From: an archaeon
Lineage (GTDB): Archaea > EX4484-52 > B79-G9
Direction of reading: 5' to 3'
DNA: 10,350 bases
NCBI GenBank assembly: GCA_043813875.1
Contig: JBDRKP010000071.1
Coordinates: forward strand, 1-10,350
Under the pieces are notes generated by a model. It saw only the letters and a program-made list of their open reading frames with translations. It was not told the origin of the DNA and did not search any database. Position 1 is the stretch's first letter, and each line of letters opens with the position of its first letter. Of the stretch, positions 6,714 to 10,350 are shown in pieces. Made by a program: the position numbers and the translations under genes.

Positions 6714-7148
6714 TTACGGCCTAATAAATGCATGGTCACAATGACAGTACTAAATGCGCTTCTGAATATGAGAATGAATTGCGTGTTTAGCCCTATGGCT
6801 GTGCTGAGTTCCATTAAATGTTCTAAACACACAGGCCATTAGGGGATGATTCTATTCCTTCTATAACCAACAGATGACCCTTGAAATGTTCTTCGGCTTA
6901 TGTATATTTTTCCTGCAGGATCACACCTGTTTCGGCCTCAAGTTTTTCAGAACGCGAAGGCAAAAGATATTTCTTGCGGGAGAAATTGCGAAACGCATCT
7001 TGATGCGGCGCAAGAGGGCAAGACAATAAGTCTATCCCTTACGTCCGTAGTCTGAGTCCATGTTTTCATATGCACTCTTTCAAGGTGCGATATTATTGAT
7101 TTTTTTGAGAGGTAATCAGAGATATAGCGGTAGCTGTGGAGAAAATAA

Positions 7149-7988
7149 ATGGTGTATAAAATGAATAAAGAAGAGTTAACAACGTTTGATTTGCAAAATA
7201 AATATAATGGCATAAAAGGAATAGGTAACCGTGCTCTTTTGAAACAGCGTGATAAAGATCCAATTATTAGACTAGAAAAAGCTGTAGAGAATTATACCTC
7301 GAGTATCCCTTTCTATGGAACTCAAACAGATCCTGAAATTGTTGTCGGAAATGCGATTAAGTTGTATGAAGATACCAAGGTACCGGATTTAAGTCCCGAA
7401 TTACTGTCAATGGGCGAGGATAATAAGGAGACTTCGTCTGGAAACAGAGCAATTATAATGCTTATTTGTCAGAGAACTGTTGACGGACTATACAGATATT
7501 TAATCGAGCAGACAAAAAATATCCGCTTAGATGGCAATAATATTATTTACGATATACCTGCATGGATAGAACTAAAGAAATATACACAAGATCTAGATGT
7601 AGAGTTAATAAACGATGTGGCTCAAGAGCTTAAACCAATAGATGGCGTGTTGAATGAAATGCAGAATAATTTGAGAAAATGGCACATTGAGCATAAAGAA
7701 GACGATGGCGTAAAGGATATTCTACCGGAGTTATTACATTACATATTCACATTAAATGAACTTGCGCGCAATGAAGCGATCTTGAGTGTTGTAAAAAAAC
7801 GGAACAGAAGATCAATTGATGAAATACTGATTGATACTAACGTCTTTGTAGCCAGGCAATTATATGCTGATGAAATAGATTTATGGGAAAAAAGAATTGA
7901 ACATGTATTAGATTGTAAATTGACAGGCAATGGTCATATTTTACCACAAATCAAAGAATATAAAGAGGCTGTGTTTGAGAATAACTGA
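7149..7988 (+). CDS. Hypothetical soluble protein (279 aa), no recognisable family
   Basis: Long open frame in AT-rich DNA with natural globular composition. GGAG precedes ATG 7149 and GGTG precedes the alternative ATG 7161. No TM segment or signal peptide. Confidence 0.82.
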   Translation: MVYKMNKEELTTFDLQNKYNGIKGIGNRALLKQRDKDPIIRLEKAVENYTSSIPFYGTQTDPEIVVGNAIKLYEDTKVPDLSPELLSMGEDNKETSSGNRAIIMLICQRTVDGLYRYLIEQTKNIRLDGNNIIYDIPAWIELKKYTQDLDVELINDVAQELKPIDGVLNEMQNNLRKWHIEHKEDDGVKDILPELLHYIFTLNELARNEAILSVVKKRNRRSIDEILIDTNVFVARQLYADEIDLWEKRIEHVLDCKLTGNGHILPQIKEYKEAVFENN

Positions 7989-7990
7989 GT

Positions 7991-8995
7991 GTGATGAGAA
8001 TTATGGACCCAATGCCAGAGGAAATAAAGACTGATGAAAATCCGCTTGACAAGGCAATACAATATATCATGCATGTGCTTGAAATGAATGAGTATCATCC
8101 TAAAGATGACACTTCAATCTACTGTAAAGATAAAGGCGATGTTGGTTTTATGTTCGTCCCGCTAAACTCCGATGGTGTGAGAGAGGCTTGCGACAGTTGT
8201 TTTATCGATACTCCAAAAGATAAAAAAACAGCGATATATGTAACCACATTTATAGACAACCCCGACCTCTTATGGGAAATAAAAAATCTTAAAGGAAAAA
8301 AGTCAGAAAACAAATTAACCGAGGGGATAATGTTAGATAATAGATACATTAAAATTCGCTGCAGAGAGCCAACAATCTATAAAAATGCGGATCAAATAGT
8401 ATCATTTAACGACGAATATCTGACACTTCCAATGTATACGGATGATGAGGATAGAGGTATCTTATTAGGACTTGGAGTTGTAGACCAAAACGGAAAGTTA
8501 CAGCCAGGACATTCTTTTAAGGAGGCGACTGATTTAGCTGCTCTTTTAGAATACCCAGATATCACTTCTATGATAAATCAGATCAATTCAACCCAAATAC
8601 AATACAGAAAATCATTAGAGGTGATGAGAAATATCGCATTTAATAGAGGTGATGTATTTTCAGATGGCTCAGAGGATATGCTTATGCGAGGTACAATCAC
8701 ATCTCCTCTTCCGGATGGCAGGCAAATCATAATTAAACTGTCGACTATCACTTGCAATGAAAAAGGCGGAAATGTACCGGAAATAGATGGAAGTCTCTAC
8801 CTTCAAACAAAGGTGGCAACCCCTTATAGTGCAGCAAGTATTGGTTTAACTGCTTTAGATGAAATACCAGCATATTTTAGAAAGACAACAAAAGAAACAA
8901 TCTATTCTGACGTGAATGAATTGATGGAGCAACTGAAAACGGATTTTCGTAGAAATATAGCATATCCTAGCCCAATACCGGTTTTATATGGTTAA
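7991..8995 (+). CDS. Hypothetical soluble protein (334 aa), no recognisable family
   Basis: Long ORF starting 2 nt after the upstream stop (GTG 7991; ATG 7994 or 8003 also possible). Acidic, mixed alpha/beta-looking, with no TM segment. Confidence 0.82.
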   Translation: MMRIMDPMPEEIKTDENPLDKAIQYIMHVLEMNEYHPKDDTSIYCKDKGDVGFMFVPLNSDGVREACDSCFIDTPKDKKTAIYVTTFIDNPDLLWEIKNLKGKKSENKLTEGIMLDNRYIKIRCREPTIYKNADQIVSFNDEYLTLPMYTDDEDRGILLGLGVVDQNGKLQPGHSFKEATDLAALLEYPDITSMINQINSTQIQYRKSLEVMRNIAFNRGDVFSDGSEDMLMRGTITSPLPDGRQIIIKLSTITCNEKGGNVPEIDGSLYLQTKVATPYSAASIGLTALDEIPAYFRKTTKETIYSDVNELMEQLKTDFRRNIAYPSPIPVLYG

Positions 8996-9008
8996 TAAAT
9001 AATAACAT

Positions 9009-9028
9009 ATAAGTATCATGGTACTTAT
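9009..9028. terminator. Near-perfect palindrome between convergent genes (possible terminator or protein-binding site)
   Basis: ATAAGTA-TCATGG-TACTTAT has 7-bp perfect arms and one mismatched pair over 20 nt. It sits in the 47-nt gap between stop codons 8995 and 9043, with no T-tract. Confidence 0.3.
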
Positions 9029-9042
9029 GCAGATATCACAAA

Positions 9043-10068
9043 TCATATATCATTTTCGCATTTGCCGCGGTCTATGACTATCTCGGCGATGCTGCGCGTC
9101 AAATTGTTTATGCGCGCAAGGTTCTCAAGGATTATAGCGAAGGAGCCGACAATCAGGGAATCATGCGTGATTCTCTTGTCTGTTATGAATCTGCTTTTTC
9201 CTGATGCTGAAAGGTCGTATTTCGCCAACCTTGTGCATTCTTCGATGGCATCGTTTGCATCGTATAGATTCTCATTGGTGAAAGAATCGATCACAACCTG
9301 CAGATTTTTTTTCAGGTCACCAAAGAGGATTGAGAGGCTTTTTATCAGGTCTTTTGGAATATTCTGTTCCACCAGCTTCAGATATGATTCGGATATATTA
9401 ACAGAGCAATCGCCTGCGGATTCAAGGTCGTTGATCAGTATCTTGTAGTAGAGCGCATCGTAGCCGGATATACCTATCTTTTCTGCAAATTCAGGGCTCT
9501 TTGCTGCAAGATGCATCTGCCGGGATGCAAGCAGTGTGAGGCGGTCTACCTCGATGTCGCGCCCGATTATCTCTATCAGCAAGTCTGCGTCTTTCTTTTC
9601 GATTGCCTGGAATGAATTTGTGAACATCCAGCGGACCAGATCATAGATGCGCATGATTATCTTTTCGATGTCAAGGTCGTAAACGTCGATGATGGAATGT
9701 ATCTCGAAACTCTCGCCGTGCTCGTTCAAGTCAAGGCCGATGATGGCGTTCTGGATGAATTCGCGTATCTCTTTCTTGTCTTTCCATGAGAATGACGCAT
9801 TCTTAAATTTTATGATGTCTGCGCCACGGATGTATTCGGATATTATCATGCGCAAGAGGAAGTTCTGGTCTTTGTTTTCCGCGTCGATATATGATTCGAC
9901 CCTCTTTTTCTTATAAGGAGATGGAAGAAGGAATAATATGCCGTCCTTGCGCTCGATTATACCAATCTCATCACTTTGCTTGAGCTTGTTTTTCTTTATC
10001 CAATGCCTTGGAAGAGAGACTATATGTGTTGCGCCGCCACTTGTTGACTGAACTTTCCGTAATTCCAT
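9043..10068 (-). CDS. phoU: Archaeal phosphate uptake regulator, N-terminal AbrB/MazE-type DNA-binding domain plus PhoU domains
   Basis: The N-terminus RKVQSTSGGATHIVSLPRHWIKK matches the archaeal RKxQxxG..xxVSLPKxW AbrB signature. The middle domain reads LRMIISEYIRGADII. PhoU repeats: RDIEVDRL...LESAGD and ENLARI..LTRSIAEIVID. GTGA RBS-like motif just upstream of the start. Confidence 0.9.
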   Translation of the reverse strand: MELRKVQSTSGGATHIVSLPRHWIKKNKLKQSDEIGIIERKDGILFLLPSPYKKKRVESYIDAENKDQNFLLRMIISEYIRGADIIKFKNASFSWKDKKEIREFIQNAIIGLDLNEHGESFEIHSIIDVYDLDIEKIIMRIYDLVRWMFTNSFQAIEKKDADLLIEIIGRDIEVDRLTLLASRQMHLAAKSPEFAEKIGISGYDALYYKILINDLESAGDCSVNISESYLKLVEQNIPKDLIKSLSILFGDLKKNLQVVIDSFTNENLYDANDAIEECTRLAKYDLSASGKSRFITDKRITHDSLIVGSFAIILENLARINNLTRSIAEIVIDRGKCENDI

Positions 10069-10097
10069 CTAATCACATTTTCGTTGCTTTCTGAAGT

Positions 10098-10140
10098 TAT
10101 CTATATAGATATATATAAATTATATAGAGAACATTTATAT
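10098..10140. promoter_or_regulatory. Divergent promoter region with TATATA repeats and a palindromic operator candidate
   Basis: Perfect 14-bp palindrome TATCTATATAGATA at 10098-10111. Inverted repeat TCTATATA 10100-10107/TATATAGA 10121-10128. TTTATATA on the minus strand at 10112-10119 and TTTATAT on the plus strand at 10134-10140. Confidence 0.55.
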
Positions 10141-10245
10141 TGTTTGCGGGCATATTATTATCAAATCTGAACCAAGATTCTTTCTTTGAATGAATTTAAG
10201 GTGAATCGCAAAAAAATGCTTCCTATAAACGATGTGGTGAGTTCA

Positions 10246-10350
10246 ATGGATGATGATAGTGTTTTAATTGAAATCAAAAACGCAGAAAAGAAAGCAAAGG
10301 ATATAAGAGAAAAGGCTGCGGCTGATAAAGAAGAGCTGATAAACGAAGCC
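10246..10350 (+). CDS. atpH: A/V-type ATP synthase subunit H (peripheral stalk), truncated by the window edge
   Basis: GGTGA RBS at 10236-10240, then MDDDSVLIEIKNAEKKAKDIREKAAADKEELINEA. This matches the L..IK.AE..A..I...A......I.EA heptad pattern of archaeal subunit H, normally the first gene of the ATP synthase operon. An in-frame alternative ATG at 10216 has AGGTGA at 10199-10204. Confidence 0.78.
   Translation, partial: MDDDSVLIEIKNAEKKAKDIREKAAADKEELINEA

Noticed and set aside
6947..7213. 88-aa minus-strand ORF
   Set aside because: It overlaps the start of the 279-aa gene head-to-head, has atypical composition and shows no clear RBS.
7248..7280. RDKDPIIRLEK resembles the DPIxRL motif of 2-oxoacid dehydrogenase E1-alpha subunits
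   Set aside because: It is an isolated short match at the wrong end of the protein, with no GDG...NN thiamine-diphosphate motif.
7739..9916. Antisense ORFs 7739-7930, 8119-8349, 9062-9448 and 9689-9916
   Set aside because: They are shadows of the longer ORFs on the opposite strand.
1..10350. CRISPR array, rRNA or mobile-element genes
   Set aside because: No regularly spaced direct repeats, rRNA-like sequence, or transposase, integrase or reverse-transcriptase motifs were seen.

Overview
Archaeal chromosomal window. TATA-box promoters, GGTGA-type ribosome-binding sites, an AbrB-PhoU regulator and an A/V-type ATP synthase subunit H point to an archaeon; a DPANN lineage is inferred from the surface-protein style. 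In order: the 3' end of a probable dockerin/EF-hand-like surface protein gene, a ~180-nt foldable intergenic segment, a small membrane protein, tRNA-Arg(CCT) on the minus strand, a short GC-rich intergenic element, a class I/II PLP aminotransferase, a 1339-aa membrane-anchored S8 subtilase with Ig-like repeats and ~75 N-glycosylation sequons overlapping a short TsaC/YrdC gene, a 490-nt structured gap, two AT-rich orphan ORFs (279 and 334 aa), a convergent AbrB-PhoU phosphate regulator, and the start of a divergent ATP synthase subunit H gene. No CRISPR array, integrase or transposase is visible. The best leads are a candidate sRNA at ~851-939 whose 5' end is 20/22 complementary to the phoU mRNA, the structured leader plus orphan gene pair at 6703-8995, and the folded element at 91-269. 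All structures and counts were done by eye and are unverified.
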